A stretch of DNA of 64,000 bases from Spongospora subterranea f. sp. subterranea (taxonomy: Eukaryota): contig JAUGWO010000060.1 in NCBI GenBank assembly GCA_049724395.1, positions 1 through 64,000 of the forward strand, given 5' to 3'. The notes beneath the pieces are model-generated. The model saw only the letters and a program-made list of their open reading frames with translations, searched no databases and was not told where the DNA came from. Each line of letters opens with the position of its first letter. Positions within the stretch are counted from its first letter, which is position 1. Below, one piece after another: positions 48,479 through 62,381 of the stretch. The translations under genes and the position numbers were made by a program.

Positions 48479-50299
48479 TTAGGATTTCCTGCAAGTAAAG
48501 AAGGCACATTGATAGACGAACTGCATCATGGAGCGCGCGTTCGACACATAACGACATTCGTGAGGAAATGAGCTCGCCTAAACAAATCAAGTAAGCGATA
48601 AACCTGAACACACAAATAGAACCCTGGCGAGGGGAGCCAAAGACGACTAACAATCATCTCCAAACCGAACGCAGGAATAATACGCTGAAGATCGTGAAGC
48701 GATAGTTCTGTCCAGGGGATAATCAATGAACGTTGCGAAAGGACAACCGGTGATGAACAAACTGACCAACTGATAGGTCGTCGGTCTCATTATAATGATA
48801 TAGCAATGGACCTGAGAACAGGAAAACACCCTCAGGAACACCCTCTATCTAATTCCCTCAACCGAACTGACCTAAATTGATCCAATATCCACCACGTTTC
48901 AGGATTTTCGAGATCGTTTCGACGTATTCAATGACGTTATGAGCTAAATCGGGGATTAATCGAAAAAACCGGAAACAAACACGTTGGCAGGTTCCAGTAC
49001 CGGTGTCGATGAAGAAACAGGTCACGACGGCGTCAAAACCTTCTGTGTCTTCGCCATAGACCTCGAGAAAATCGCCCGCCGTCATCGACATCGATCCTGA
49101 CCGACTGTTCAGCCGAGCGACGAATTATTCAGGGTCGTGGCCAAGATTACCTGTGATTGGCGTACACGACGGGAACTGGTCTGGGATTCGGAACTGGCGT
49201 AAACGATCCTCGATACTGACAACGTTCGTGGTCTGGTGAACGAACGGCGCCAAAATCAACGGCGACATCTCCTGATGAACACTGCGAGACCGGTCAGAAA
49301 ACACACAATCGCCACGAGCGCAATTCCATGGTCAGCAACCAGTTCAAGATGAAATGCGATCCCAGCAGCATGAAATATGAGAATTCGTTGCCTTCGGATT
49401 GGAACCCGGCCTGAGCGATCTCCCAAGTCAACCTCCCTGATCCACAATCAGACGATGGCCATGGGCCCAAGGCGCGTTCCAGCACCTAATCCCGATCCCG
49501 GTGATAGAACCCGAATATGTGAGCGACCATTCACATCTGGGAACAGGTCCTTGAGCGTTGCCACGATCACGTCGTAGCTGCATTTTCGCTGTGCCCAAGA
49601 AAAACATGATTTTTGTTTTGAACAAAATGACAACAGAACAACTACCTCGTCAGATCCCTCTTTGGACCATTCGCGAACGAATTGCCTCAGCGTTGACTTC
49701 ATTTTTTCCTAATGACGGTTGATTGACATTTGCTGGTTCAGCGGTGTGTTCGTAATTTTACGAAGTTGGCTCCGGGATACGGAAAGCGATGTCGGATCGA
49801 TATTATGCCTGAAACGAGTCAATCGTCGACGGCCAGTGGCAGTCGGGACAGGATCAAGAATTACTGAGCGATTTGAGATTGGAAGACGGACGCCGAATTC
49901 GATGTCAGCACATCAATAAATCGTTGATTGAGAATAACATGGTCTAAGGCGCGCTTCTGATTTGAAGTGAAGTCCGGTAGAAGGGCACGATGAGCTTCGG
50001 GCACCGACTACGACAGCAACTAATTTAATAACGGAAATGGTCGCCAAGAAAAACGGACCTTCCAATGGATTGTCTGTTTGTGAAGTTCCTGCATCGAAAT
50101 ACGAGCATAACGCTGTGGGAAGAGAGGATGACGAAAGCGCCTTTTTTAAGGATCTGTGAAATCAGCTCACCTTGAACGACTCCAATACTTCACCCTATCG
50201 CAAAACAAAACAACTACAAATGTTGATAAAATCGGGGCCTGGGTATGATCGAGATCCAAATACCAAATGCACCGCTTCTTCGTAGTCATCGTTGGACAT
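48479..50299 (-). CDS. CARNMT1: Carnosine N-methyltransferase (N2227 family), multi-exon
   Basis: [65 protein letters not shown]. Confidence 0.92.
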
Positions 50300-51461
50300 G
50301 TTGTCGCGATCGTCCGGCAATGCTTTTGGGCGTCGAAATTCGGACTCCGGAAATCTGTGGCCAACTCCGAAGCGGTGCGTGGTAAAGGTCACACGAGATT
50401 TACGATTACGCCACAACGGAATCTGTTTGCCGACAATCATATCCTGGTTTTGTCCCTCTTTGTCTCCAACAATATCATAACAACAATATTTTCAACGAAA
50501 TTTTTATTAATTCTCCGTTTTTTTTCGTTCAAATTCCAGTGATTGTTCCAAAGCGGTATGAAAATGCGATTGATCCATCGACACAAACGTGTTCCCTAAT
50601 TCAGATTGCATGAATCTTCTGAACAGTTAATTGCGTTTGAGTCTCGTCACCAATCTGGCTGTTGGTTGTTATTTTCCACATTAATACACAAATGAAACTA
50701 TTGATCAAAACGCCCCAAAAAATGGCATTCCTGACCTTTTATTTGCGGGACATGATAATCAAGCTCGTTGTCCAGCCGAAGTTTTACTGATCTTTCCTTA
50801 GAAATGCATCAAAATCGTCTCAGGGCGTCTGTGTTTATGAAGTACAGGACCATCCTGTAGATGATAAGATTGCTCGACACAACGATGTAGTAGACGAATG
50901 CTATGTCGCTTCGCTGAAAAAGAAAATGAACTCATTGAACTACTGGGGCACCAAAGAATAAAGTCGAAACGTTCTGGGGTCTGGATCAGATCTGTGGATT
51001 AGCGATCTCCTCTTCACAGTGTCTCTCCCAGCGGAATATCGATTGGCGTTGGTGGTTCCGTATTCAACGGTGAAAAAAAGTTCATGCAATATTCCCGGGA
51101 AATCGTTCAAGAATGTATGCGCTGAAGGCGAAAACCTGGTTCAGGGGCGAAAGCGATGCGGGAAGCAGGACGATTTTGAGGCGAGGACTGCGTTTAGGAC
51201 TGCTGTTAAAGATTTTTCAACGCCGTTTGACCAGATATATGATCCGCGGTGGAGTTCATCCCCTTCGTGACCAGATCCGACCTCTAAGTGTGTCCCAGAA
51301 TCGCCTGGCGCCAAGAGCCTAGTTACCACAATCTGCAGATTCCACCAGCGGAAAATAAAAATCTCGATTTCACCGAGGGCGTTGAATCTGGCAAAGGTAA
51401 AGCAATGTAGACCTGAAAGACTTTAACAAAATTGGACAGTGTATAACACATACGCGAAGCA

Positions 51462-53448
51462 TTAATTGGCGGCGATTGGTAAGTCTAGATTCTGCCAGAC
51501 TGACACTAAGGCGTCACGAAGCTTAAACATCTTAGCGTCGTCGTGAAGAGGTGTAGGCGTTAACCGGAGACGTTCGGTTCCTCGAGGAACCGTTGGATAA
51601 TTAATGGGCTAAAAAAAACAAGGATTAGTGTGCTGTACACGATACGATCGAATGTGGAACTCACTTGAGCGTAAAGACGATGATCGTCCATGAGCATATC
51701 CGACGCTGCTTTGCATCTTACAGGATCGCCGACGATAACTGGAACAATATGGCTTTCTGACTGGATTACAGGCAACCCAGCATCTTTAAGAATAGTCTTC
51801 AAAAAAGAGGCACGCTCCTAAGTTATAGCTTAAAAACAACAGCATTGTCACAAGCAGGGATAATTACTTGATGTCGTGAACGCAGAATACGTCCATCGCC
51901 ACTTCGTAGGACGCGAATGCTTGCTAACGAAGCGGCAGCAACAGCAGGTGGGATTGCCTTAAATTGTCATATGAGTTTTAAGAGCGCAATAAATCATACA
52001 CTTGTGATACAGTAGTAAAGATGAATCCTGGAGCATAACTTCGAATAGCGTCGATCATCGAAGCAGTTCCAGTAACGTATCCGCCGAATGACCCGAACGC
52101 CTTGCCCAACGTGCCTAAAATCAGTAAGATAAGAAGGTGCGTGCAGCCATAAACTATTCTTGTAGAACCTGATATCATTGACAAACGGGACATTTGGCCG
52201 TCCCTTGAAGCGACTCCAGCACCTTCTGGGCCATACAATCCGACAGCGTGAACCTGCAAAGGCATTGGCATAAAATGACCAAGCTCAGATTTTTCGAAGA
52301 TACTTCGTCAATGAATGTCAGTGCGCCGAATTTTTCGGCGACGTCGCAGATGGCACCAATATCAGCAATATCGCCATCCATAGAGTAAACCGACTCGAAT
52401 ACCACCACCTTGGGGACGTCTTTATCAGCTTTGGACAGCAATTCTTCTAGATGTGCAACATCATTGTGACGAAACACAGATTTTGTTGCTGCATGGCAAA
52501 ACAGTCGGCAACTCAGATTGAAAGCCAAGAAAAAGAAACAATCAGAATAACCTCGACTGCGACGAATTCCGGCGATCATTGAGGCGTGATTAAGCTCATC
52601 ACTGAAGAAATGAACGCCTGGAAGTAGCGTAGCTAAGGTAGAGAGCGCTGCATCGTTAGCAACGTAGCCTACAAGTGCATGAGCGAGAAAAAACAGCGCA
52701 TGTGCCTTCTTGATTACCAGAGGAAAAGACGAGCGAAGCCTCATGACCATGGAGCGAAGCGAGCTCCGACTCAAGTTCGCTGTGAAAGTGAGAAGTACCA
52801 GAGATGTTTCTCGTACCGCCAGCCCCAGCCCCAACCTTAAGAGATTGTCAAATCTCGAACCATGAAGAGTCGTCGGCCAAATACTGTGTCAATCGCCGAA
52901 TGCATGGCAGATACGACCGCGGGGTGCTGACCCATTCCCAGATAATCGTTGTTGCACCAGACGGTGACATCGCGCTTCTCGTGGATTGCAGCGGGAAACT
53001 GTCCGACCGAACGGTCAATGTCGAAGAAAACGCGATACCTGTACCATAAAAACAGTATCAGTTTGAGAATGTTTTGAAAAAAAAAGCAAAACGGAGTGTA
53101 TTACCGCCCCTCCGACTTAATTTGATTCAGCTTTTCATCGATCAAGCTCTCGGTTTTCAACTTCTGTAGAAGCCCATCGGAAGCAGGGCACCCGGAACAC
53201 TAAAGAGCATTGCTTTAGGACGTGTTTGGGGGAACACATTTTGAACTCTGCATTGTGACCTTTTGTAAATGAATAGGAGATTTCGCTTCGTTTTCCTTCA
53301 TCACCGATTGAATGAAGGGACAGCATGCCTTGCCTAATGATTCGACCAGTGACGGCAGATTAGCAGCTGTCAAGTTGCCGGACGTGGCTCGCAGGAACGG
53401 GCAAGCCAGTAACTTGGCATTAGACAACAGATTCAATGTAGGCGGCAT
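51462..53448 (-). CDS. ALAS: 5-aminolevulinate synthase, mitochondrial, multi-exon
   Basis: [56 protein letters not shown] (PLP lysine), [12 protein letters not shown] motifs in the presequence. Confidence 0.95.
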
Positions 53449-54679
53449 TGTAGACCACAAGATCCCACAGCGAGACCCAATCAACTATGACAGATCGCAA
53501 TGACGGTAATCCAGTTTTTCGATCACGTTCGGGAATGATTCTCCTCGATCGCGAATATTCTGTTGGAGAAAGGGGAAATGCCGATAGGTTAGACAGCTAA
53601 GATACACTAGGAAAATGATGCGCCAACTGCCCAACTCTACCGGGTCAATATCGGCACGGCCCTTGGGGTAGCGTTGACTGCAACAGCAAACTCGGGACGA
53701 CGATGATGGGACTACCAGGATGAGTGTACCCGATGATGACAGATGAGATGACCCATCGCACATCGTTACCGGTGCCAACCGCCACTCTGTGCAGTAACGA
53801 TTAGGAACGGAAGAGTGACCCCGCCCATGGTAGATCGCGACGACTGCATGGTCGGCTACCGCGCGGTGCGAAGTAGCCGACCTCGCCGCTTTAAATGGCT
53901 GTTGTCGAATTTATGATGATAAACCCACTAGTTTTATGGGATTAGAGGACTGTCCGTTGATTAGCTATGAGGGACATCATGTATTTTCGTAGCGCCTTTG
54001 CAAAGTATTATATCGCCGCGCCGCTCCCAGAGCATCCCAACTACCAACGCGTCGACGCCATAGCAGAACGCTACGAATGCGAAAATGGGTTTCTGAACGG
54101 TTCCGCCACCGTTTCCCAATTGACCTTCTGTAGCGCCCCAAGGGGGATTTTTTCTATCTGGCTCAATAAGCCCGGATTTCCCTGTGATCGAGGTGAAGCT
54201 GCGACGTCAGATGCTGTTGCAGGCCTTGCACGTATGGATATCCCACAAGCCCTTGATAGATCACGTCATGAAAGTGAAAAACTCTCCGGAAAATCAACCC
54301 AGTTCTTAGGGTGTGCGGTGTTGTGCTCGAGATATTCTCAATATTGCCTGTCTTGATTTGTTGCTGGAGTGTGTTCCAATTCACTCACAGACCAAGCCAA
54401 TATCGGTATTTCATTATCTACCCATCTCCAAGAATCATGGTCATCTACGCTAACAGCAATCGGGATTCTGGAGCCATCAACAATCGTTCAGATCGCACCG
54501 AATATCAGGCGGACGTATAACCTTGGTTGTGAAGCATCGAGCGTGTGGGTGAGTCATGCTCGGAATTTGGTTTTTAGATTGATTGGAAACGGATGTTGAA
54601 GTTATATCTTGAAACCGGGACAAAATACCATCTTCAAACACGACCTGCTCGGCACGTCGGTTGCTACATGGTCAATGGG

Positions 54680-55951
54680 ATGAGTTGGAGACATTTCACG
54701 GTCGTTTGTCTAATCGGGGTTAGTTTGGCACAACCTGTTCCAGACGCAGACCCGGACCCTCTTGACAACCCCGACCCTGAGATTGTCGTGGATGATGTCG
54801 GTCCGACCGTAGAGTTCACCAATGGTGATCCCGATACGATTACTGTCACTACAACAACGACGACGCCAGAAGACGTAGTGGAAACGCCAAATCCACCGTT
54901 GATTTCTGAATCTCCATTACCATCGCCAACGGACCCAGAGATGTTAACAACTCCAAACCCGCCCGCTCCCGAGGTCCCTTTGGATCAACCGCTTGAGTTA
55001 CCACCGGAGCCATCTCAATTAAATTCATCTAATCCCACAATTACAACTCTCCAACCGAACTCAAGTGCTCCAATCACTCCAACTCGCTTGCTGCAGCCAC
55101 CGCCAACTACAGATGCTTCTGTACCAGTTCCGTCTACGACGACGGTGACAACACCAGCACTACAAACAACGGACACACCGTTGGAGCCACCGACGGTGAC
55201 ACCAACCCAGCCAACAACGGTGACACCATCTCGGCCAACGACGGTAACATCAACTCAGCCAAGGACGGTGACACCAACTCCACCAACAACAACAACTGTG
55301 ACACCAACTCAACCAGCGACGGTAACACCAACTCAACCAACGACGGTGACGCCAGCTCAGCCAACGACGGTAACACCAACTCAACCAACGACCACGACAT
55401 CAACTCAGCCAACAACGGTAACACCAACTCAACCAACGACCACGACATCAACTCAGCCAACGACGGTAACACCAACTCAACCAACGACCACGACATCAAC
55501 TCAGCCAACAACGGTTGCGTCGGCTCCACCGACAACAACGCCAACATCTTTGCTGCCGACAAGAGTGCGCCCGTTCGGAAGTATGTTTGGTATGTTAGGG
55601 GGAATAAGCCCATTCGGCATGAGACACAGGTGGAATCACGACAGTCTTCATCATCATCATCATCATCATCACCTTCACCTTCATGATCACCCAGGCGATT
55701 ACGACGATGACGATGACGATGGCGGGCACCACTATGAAGATGGGGTCGAGCATCACTATGAAGACGGTTATGATGGGGTGGGAATGGATGGAGTGGTCGA
55801 CGACGCCGTGCATCCGTTGCAACACCATCTGTTGCATGGATTGCATATCGGAGGGCATCATGACCACCATCATCATCATCAACATCATCATAGGGCAAAC
55901 GACATAGACCATGATGTCGTGTCAGGAAATGGCATTGTTTCCAGCTTCTAA
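54680..55951 (+). CDS. Secreted Pro/Thr mucin-like protein with a His/Asp-rich C-terminus (intronless)
   Basis: Signal-like MSWRHFTVVCLIGVSLA|QP, 8-aa TQPTTVTP/TQPTTTTS repeats, poly-His and poly-Asp tracts. Confidence 0.85.
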   Translation: MSWRHFTVVCLIGVSLAQPVPDADPDPLDNPDPEIVVDDVGPTVEFTNGDPDTITVTTTTTTPEDVVETPNPPLISESPLPSPTDPEMLTTPNPPAPEVPLDQPLELPPEPSQLNSSNPTITTLQPNSSAPITPTRLLQPPPTTDASVPVPSTTTVTTPALQTTDTPLEPPTVTPTQPTTVTPSRPTTVTSTQPRTVTPTPPTTTTVTPTQPATVTPTQPTTVTPAQPTTVTPTQPTTTTSTQPTTVTPTQPTTTTSTQPTTVTPTQPTTTTSTQPTTVASAPPTTTPTSLLPTRVRPFGSMFGMLGGISPFGMRHRWNHDSLHHHHHHHHLHLHDHPGDYDDDDDDGGHHYEDGVEHHYEDGYDGVGMDGVVDDAVHPLQHHLLHGLHIGGHHDHHHHHQHHHRANDIDHDVVSGNGIVSSF

Positions 55952-56038
55952 CCCGGTGCCACACAATATGTAAATTTGATCGAATTTCGGCGTAAATTCT
56001 CCATAAAGAGCTCACAGTTGTCTTGCAAGGATTGGAGT

Positions 56039-57587
56039 TTAGTTAGTTCGGGGTGTTATAAAAAAGGGCTGGATCTTGAGAAAAGCGCAGATCTCATTGA
56101 TAGCGGAATAGACGAATCTGAAATAGATAGCAACAACGTACAATGTGTACAGGTGGAACATGATCCAAAACCAACGGGTTGACACTACGAACCACGCGAG
56201 GAATGTCACCTAATTGCCATTATTACAAACGCATCTTAGGAGAAACATCGCGAGCAGGCAATCATACTATTGGCAATGGCCACAGGACTTTCAAACTGGA
56301 GTTGAACCGATCACAATGTGTGACATGTGCTATGATAAGGCGATTGATCATGTACGAGAATGACGCACCCGCAGTGACCAGACTTAAAAACGGGTACTGA
56401 ACGCAAAACCAACAATCAGCTAAGAATACATATCCGGATGCAAGGTACCTTAAACAATATCGCTTGCTGTGGACTAAGCATCCAAAGAACAGTGAGAATA
56501 ACGAAAGACGCAAACTGAAGGACTTGGGCGACGGCGACAGATCTGCTATGCGAGGGCAACAATTGCGATGTGTTTTGGCAAAACACGTGCAGAACGCTGG
56601 ACAGAATCACTGAGTAAACGACGGTGCATCATTGATGAAGCACACTTCTCTACTGTGCTGAAACCGGACCCCGCAGTCGCGATTGTGAGCCAAATCTGCC
56701 TCCATTCCCATCCGAACACAGTTGCCTTCCATATTTGCGGTCCTGCAGCAAGTAAATCAGAGATACGCTGCGTTTCGGAACCTAACGCACCGAACAGTGC
56801 CGATGTTAGCATCATGGCGATGATGATGTGTTGCGCTTCAGTGACGCCCAGTTTTCCAAAACGCATTATACCTGAACGTTCACGATTACGCCAACAGCAA
56901 TGCCCATTATTGAAAGTAGATTACCCGTCTGATATTCTTCCCAGTTGGCCTAAAAAGAGTTCAACGAATCGCGTTGTTGGTAGAGAATCGTGGTTCTTTT
57001 TTATACCATGTAGAAAGGAAGGACGCTGACAACGAACAGGGCGGCGATCATCTTCGGATCATCACCGGCACAAATACAGCCGCCGATGCAAACAATTAGA
57101 AGGGTGATGTTGATCGAATCACATCTGTCATACTGAAGAATCAGGAAACAATCTCAGACGAATGTGGATATTTTACCCATGATCAAACAACTGGCCAAGA
57201 GCAGATGAAGATTTGGTACGGCGAGCTTGTTTACCATCGATAGCGTCTAATGTTTGATAGATAAACAGCGATGTTGCCGAATAAACCAACACCCATGGTG
57301 GTAGCGGATCGGTCAACATGGGCGATTTCGTCGCCACGAGCACCGCCGCCAGCGACATGAATAGTAAGGCAAGAAGGGTGACTAGATTCGGACTGAGATA
57401 TCGATGAACAACGGAGCGAGCGCGGCATGGAAAAAAAAACGGGGGAGGATTACGCTAATGTCATGGGTAGAAGGGTGACAGCCCAGTTCCAGAATGGCGT
57501 CATGATCGTGTCAATATACCCATACAGACCGGACGAGTACTGGTATTTGGCCAGGGCTCTAAGCTGGCCGTCATCTAGAACTGGCAT
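56039..57587 (-). CDS. Choline/ethanolamine phosphotransferase (CDP-alcohol phosphotransferase family), multi-exon
   Basis: [28 protein letters not shown] motif, [26 protein letters not shown]. Confidence 0.93.
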
Positions 57588-60500
57588 TGTTCGGTGTTTC
57601 GCCCGTGATCAGACCGGAATCACCGGATCACCCGTATCGAACTTACCGCCACGTCCGTAGATGTAACACAACGACGTGGAGAATGACCAAGGGGCACGTG
57701 GCGCTAAAATGTATCTGTCGTTGCCAACCTACCGTGCACGAATGTGATTATTTCGCTGACGGCAAACGTTTTCGCGTCGTGGCTCAATGGTTTGAAACCA
57801 TGGCGCAACTGGGCAAACGCCCTCATTGCAACGCGTTTACAGATCTTCCTACTGGAAGAATCACCCTGCCCCTTGTGGTTGTGATCAAAACCCTCTTGAT
57901 ACCATCTGGCTTCACGATGGCCAGCAACTTGTCTATTTCTGTCAGTCATTTTTTCTGGTCAGCTCGATCTCATCAGGGCGCGCGTCTCCTTCTGTGATCA
58001 ATGCCCCATTTGAAAAACGACAATAATTTATATGACCGGCAACGGTTTTCAAAAGGCGTTGCGGAAGGCGAGGGGTTGAACATCGCTATAGAAACAAAGG
58101 AATTCCATGGACCCATGGACTTTGCCTGCTTGCGGTGCCGTTGATTAGGCTTCCCTTCCGAGACAAGAAACAATTCTATTCGGTGCTAGATCTGGTTTGA
58201 TAAATTCACGCGTTTATGCATTCGGTGGTCATTTTGTTTGGGTGCCAGCCAAATTTTGAATGAAATGTGTTGAGACGGCAACCTTCTCCCGAATCTCCAT
58301 AAAATTGGCATCGTGGACATATTTGTTCAGAGGTTTATCAATCCTACGCGTCAGCTGGAAGTGTAGAGGAAAAATCAAGGTGCCAAGAACATCACGGAAC
58401 TGCTGCTGCTGGCGTCATCACCAAAACGGGTTATTTTATAAGATTGAGCACCGAAATCAGAATCAATAGTTCGTCCCGTTCGTCAAAATACCCGATTATG
58501 GCGACACTGATTTCATAGTCTTGAAAACGTATGACGACCCCGACAGATGAATTTTCAGCAGTTCCACGACATGGGGTCAGCCGTCATTTGTTGCCCTGTT
58601 GTGCAAGCAACGGTGATGAACGGAAGCCGCCAATGTTCACTGTTTGGCGATGCATTTGCTGCCACCAACTGGACCATCATCATCATCTCCACCTGGCGAG
58701 TCCTCGAACGTTAAAAACTAGAGCTCGAAACTCAATTCATTTGAATTTCTCACCATATACTTATCTCCAGGCAATTGATGAAACAAAGCATAGGGAAATC
58801 ATTCACCGCTTTCGCAGCCGATTCCGATCGGCCGTCGTTGACATTATTCTTGTCACGTATTTGAGAATAGTACAATGTCGCATTGGTGAACCGATGGAGG
58901 TATCGATTGTTGATGACATCTCATCATGGCAAAAAAGCGTTGGCATTTTCACTTAATCATGGTTTATGGAGATGATACATTCGAGGTCCTTGTCTTGAAA
59001 ATGCTTTCATGCGACCCAATGACTTTATCAATTTCAGCAGCGAAGCGACGCGATACGATGGGTTGGTCGAGGACAGTAAATGGGTTCAAGAGAACGTCAA
59101 CATATAGTCCATGAAGCCAACGGAAATAACTGCACATGTTTACAAGAATAGATTTAGGATCCAACCTGCTACAGAGTGCATCTTCGCTAACCGATTTGAT
59201 ATCTGCCTCCCAGTTGAAGACATCCTCGACAACGACAACAAATTTTATATCCGAAATTGTGATATAGCCATAACTGCAAAACGCAGAAGAAATTCAAAAA
59301 ATTATGAACATTTACTGGAAAAGTACTGACACTTTATATTCGTCGATAGGGCATAAAACTCCTAAATATTTGTCCAAAGGCACAGTACTGTTCCCCCTAA
59401 TGGATTCCACTACAGTTTGGCGATTAGACGATTCTTCCAGGAGAGAATGGATCATGTTCTACGTTTTTCCTCAATAATATCGATTGCATAATGGACATAA
59501 TAATGGAACGTGAGCTGATCACGCTTGCCAAACACGCGAACGAATAACGGATTGTGCTGAGGCTGAGCCCAAATATCAATCGGTGCCTTGGCATGGACTG
59601 GTGACGAAGGGCAATTACCTGCCTTCCGAGAACGGCAAGACACGCTATGAACGGGCGCGCCATTCCCGAACACCACAACACATTTATCAGTGACGGCAAT
59701 GGCCAACCGCGGATGGCGATACTACACAGGGCGCCAGTCAACATGAGGATGGCGACAGTCAACTCAACCTGACAGGGTGTCGTTGGCCAGCCAACAAGCG
59801 AACGAACTATCTTCGGGATGTGCCTGATCGAAGCGAAGGAATGCTCCCCGATTAGGCGTATGGACCATCGGGGGGTTTTGTCAACAGATCAAATGCGAAC
59901 ACTGATAAATGCAGTGGATACGGGTTAATTTGTGGCCAACTCCCGTTAATTTGTAGTTGATCCACCGGGAAATTTGCTATTGAAAAATGGTTGATTGAAG
60001 GCCAGAATGGGTATTCCAATATCACCTCACAAACTTCGTGGCTGGGACAGCGTTTACCAGGCTAAGCAAATAACAGTGCGTTTTGTGCCACGATTGAATG
60101 ATTGTGGTCATCATGGGGGAACTGGTTCGGGCCAGATCCTTACGTCGTTCATTGTAGACCAAATACAGTACATAGTTGTTTCACCTAGTTGTTTCACCTC
60201 ATACACAGTTCGGTAGCGATTGAACACGGATCACATGCGTTGACTTATTTCCCCAACAATGGCCTCTCCCCCAAATTGGCAGGTTTTACAGTCAGAATGT
60301 GCAATTTAAAATCAACGCTCAGAAATCATTCACGTAATCATCAGCACGACATATGGACCATGGTTCCGCCTCTGGTACAGGGTACGATCTTCTCTACACC
60401 ACCAAGTAACCTTTAAAACTTCCACATTGCACTTTTGAGCGATCGCGTATCGTCCTTCAAACACGTATATCTACTTATAACAGCATCTACACTGATTCGT

Positions 60501-60725
60501 CTGTTTCTCTCAAAGCGCTTTGGAAATTGATCTTGTTTCGCCATTTTAAGTGTAGTGGGAATGGGGGGGACGCCCTCAAAAAACCCTAGTGCCATGGCGC
60601 CGTGTCCAGTGATTAGGTTTTGCGTCGGTAGTCGGTACAGTGCAACGTCGGAGAATCATTCTCTAATCTGAACGTCCGAAGATCATCTGCCTGGACGATC
60701 AGCGGTTCGAGGGGGACTCGCGATC

Positions 60726-61223
60726 ATGGCGGATCTGTCCGAGGAATGGGGAAACGCGTGCGATTTACAGCCGAATATCGACGGAACCTGGGCGAATGTC
60801 ACAGATAACGGTGCCGTTGGGGATTGGTCGCTGGATCGAAACTGGGTCCCCGCTGAGATCGACCTCGGGGCAACCGACGAGGACAGCGGCGATTCGATCA
60901 GCATGGAGGAGGACGAGGAGATCCTCGATGCCGAAGATCACGCCGGATGGAGCCGTGTCCGATATAACTGGGTCACACAAGGGATCGTGCCGAACAGGAC
61001 CAAGGAAGACCATGTTGGGACGCGAATGGACCGGTCGCTGTCGTCGTTGAAACAGATGGCGGTGATCCTGGGGAACTCCTGGCATTATCTTCGGTCGTAC
61101 ATGTCCGATGAATCAGCGTCGACCATCAGTGATCGAGAATCTCCCCCATCGCCTCCATCACCTCCCGCTTATATCCAAGCGTTTTATAGCCGGAAGCATG
61201 CATATGGACGGAGGCGCAAATAG
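60726..61223 (+). CDS. Hypothetical acidic, Trp-rich protein (165 aa)
   Basis: Uninterrupted ATG-initiated ORF with protein-like composition; no recognised domain. Confidence 0.45.
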   Translation: MADLSEEWGNACDLQPNIDGTWANVTDNGAVGDWSLDRNWVPAEIDLGATDEDSGDSISMEEDEEILDAEDHAGWSRVRYNWVTQGIVPNRTKEDHVGTRMDRSLSSLKQMAVILGNSWHYLRSYMSDESASTISDRESPPSPPSPPAYIQAFYSRKHAYGRRRK

Positions 61224-61488
61224 CTCCTCAAACATCATCATCGTTCACATTTTTTAACTAATATTTATGTCCAACGACGCCATCTTCTGCCCCCCCCCCC
61301 CCCCGATTTCCTTCACACTTCCCCGGTAGATCTCAGTAAAGATGGTGTTTTGTTTATCGGTAGTTTTGTAAGTTCGTTCAGGGACAATTGACCAGATAAT
61401 GATGTGTCATGACCCGAGTCGGCAACTTGGGATTATTCAACAGCAAGTGTCGGGTCCTTGACGATCACCGATTCACACCATTACCGTT

Positions 61489-61965
61489 ATGGAACTAGTG
61501 TCGAAACACTCTGACAACAGCTCGACAATACGAGTTGGCACATTCTGTCTGTTGGGAATGGCGATACCCAGCACCGTTTTTTTCGTGATGGCGCTGCACG
61601 ACAGCAGTGTCAACCGCGTCGCGCTTCCGGTCCCCGCAACGCCAGGGCCAGAAGATGAACTGATCGCTTTGTTGGATGAGTTTACGATGGAGACCGCCGA
61701 GCTGTATACGTGGCGGGAACTGCAGGTTCAACCGGTGTCTGCAAAGGTCGAGAAGGAATGGCTGGCGAAGAACGATTTGATCTGGAACCAGTATGAGGAT
61801 ATCCAGGCCGAGGCAGCAATGGAATTTCGTGAACGCTTTGCTAATAAGGTCCGAATCCTCAACGCGATGTCGTCTACAATGCTGTTGATCTGGGTCGATC
61901 GGTTCACTCAGATGCCCATCCGTATAGAGCACCCGATCAGGGATCACAGCCACAGATTTGACTGA
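61489..61965 (+). CDS. Hypothetical protein with one N-terminal hydrophobic segment (158 aa)
   Basis: ATG-initiated ORF; VGTFCLLGMAIPSTVFFVMAL transmembrane-like segment followed by a helical acidic region. Confidence 0.45.
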   Translation: MELVSKHSDNSSTIRVGTFCLLGMAIPSTVFFVMALHDSSVNRVALPVPATPGPEDELIALLDEFTMETAELYTWRELQVQPVSAKVEKEWLAKNDLIWNQYEDIQAEAAMEFRERFANKVRILNAMSSTMLLIWVDRFTQMPIRIEHPIRDHSHRFD

Positions 61966-62381
61966 GACATTCATATTGCTGTTTTTTGTCGGTCGCGGTT
62001 CTATCATCAAAGCAATACACATCCGCTTCTGTACATGAACTGTTTCTTTTCAAGAAGATACAAAGCCGTTCTTTTTACAACGACGCTGATACGGTCTCCG
62101 TTGGCTGAGTCCCAGGAAGTGGAAATAGGTTGAGCGGCCGATGAATACATTATCGCTCCCACTCTTGATTGAATTCAAAACAGGCGGTACAATGATATGC
62201 CACGTATTAAACACCACCCTTTTTCATTGGCAGTTGTGAAAAGTGGCCAAGGGCCCTGGCAAATAGCTGTCCGTGGCGGACATGATTTGACAGATGACAA
62301 AATAACGACGTTTATCTGCTTCTGGGCCGGGTTTTGGCAATCTCGCTGCCGTAATCGCCCAACGGAGGGGCATTGGACGCC

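Noticed and set aside
55134..56015. 293-aa minus-strand ORF with LVELV repeats
   Set aside because: Antisense shadow of the repetitive mucin gene
57650..60600. Several short ORFs between the phosphotransferase gene and 60726
   Set aside because: No recognisable motif or coherent exon chain by eye; a gene may exist here but cannot be supported
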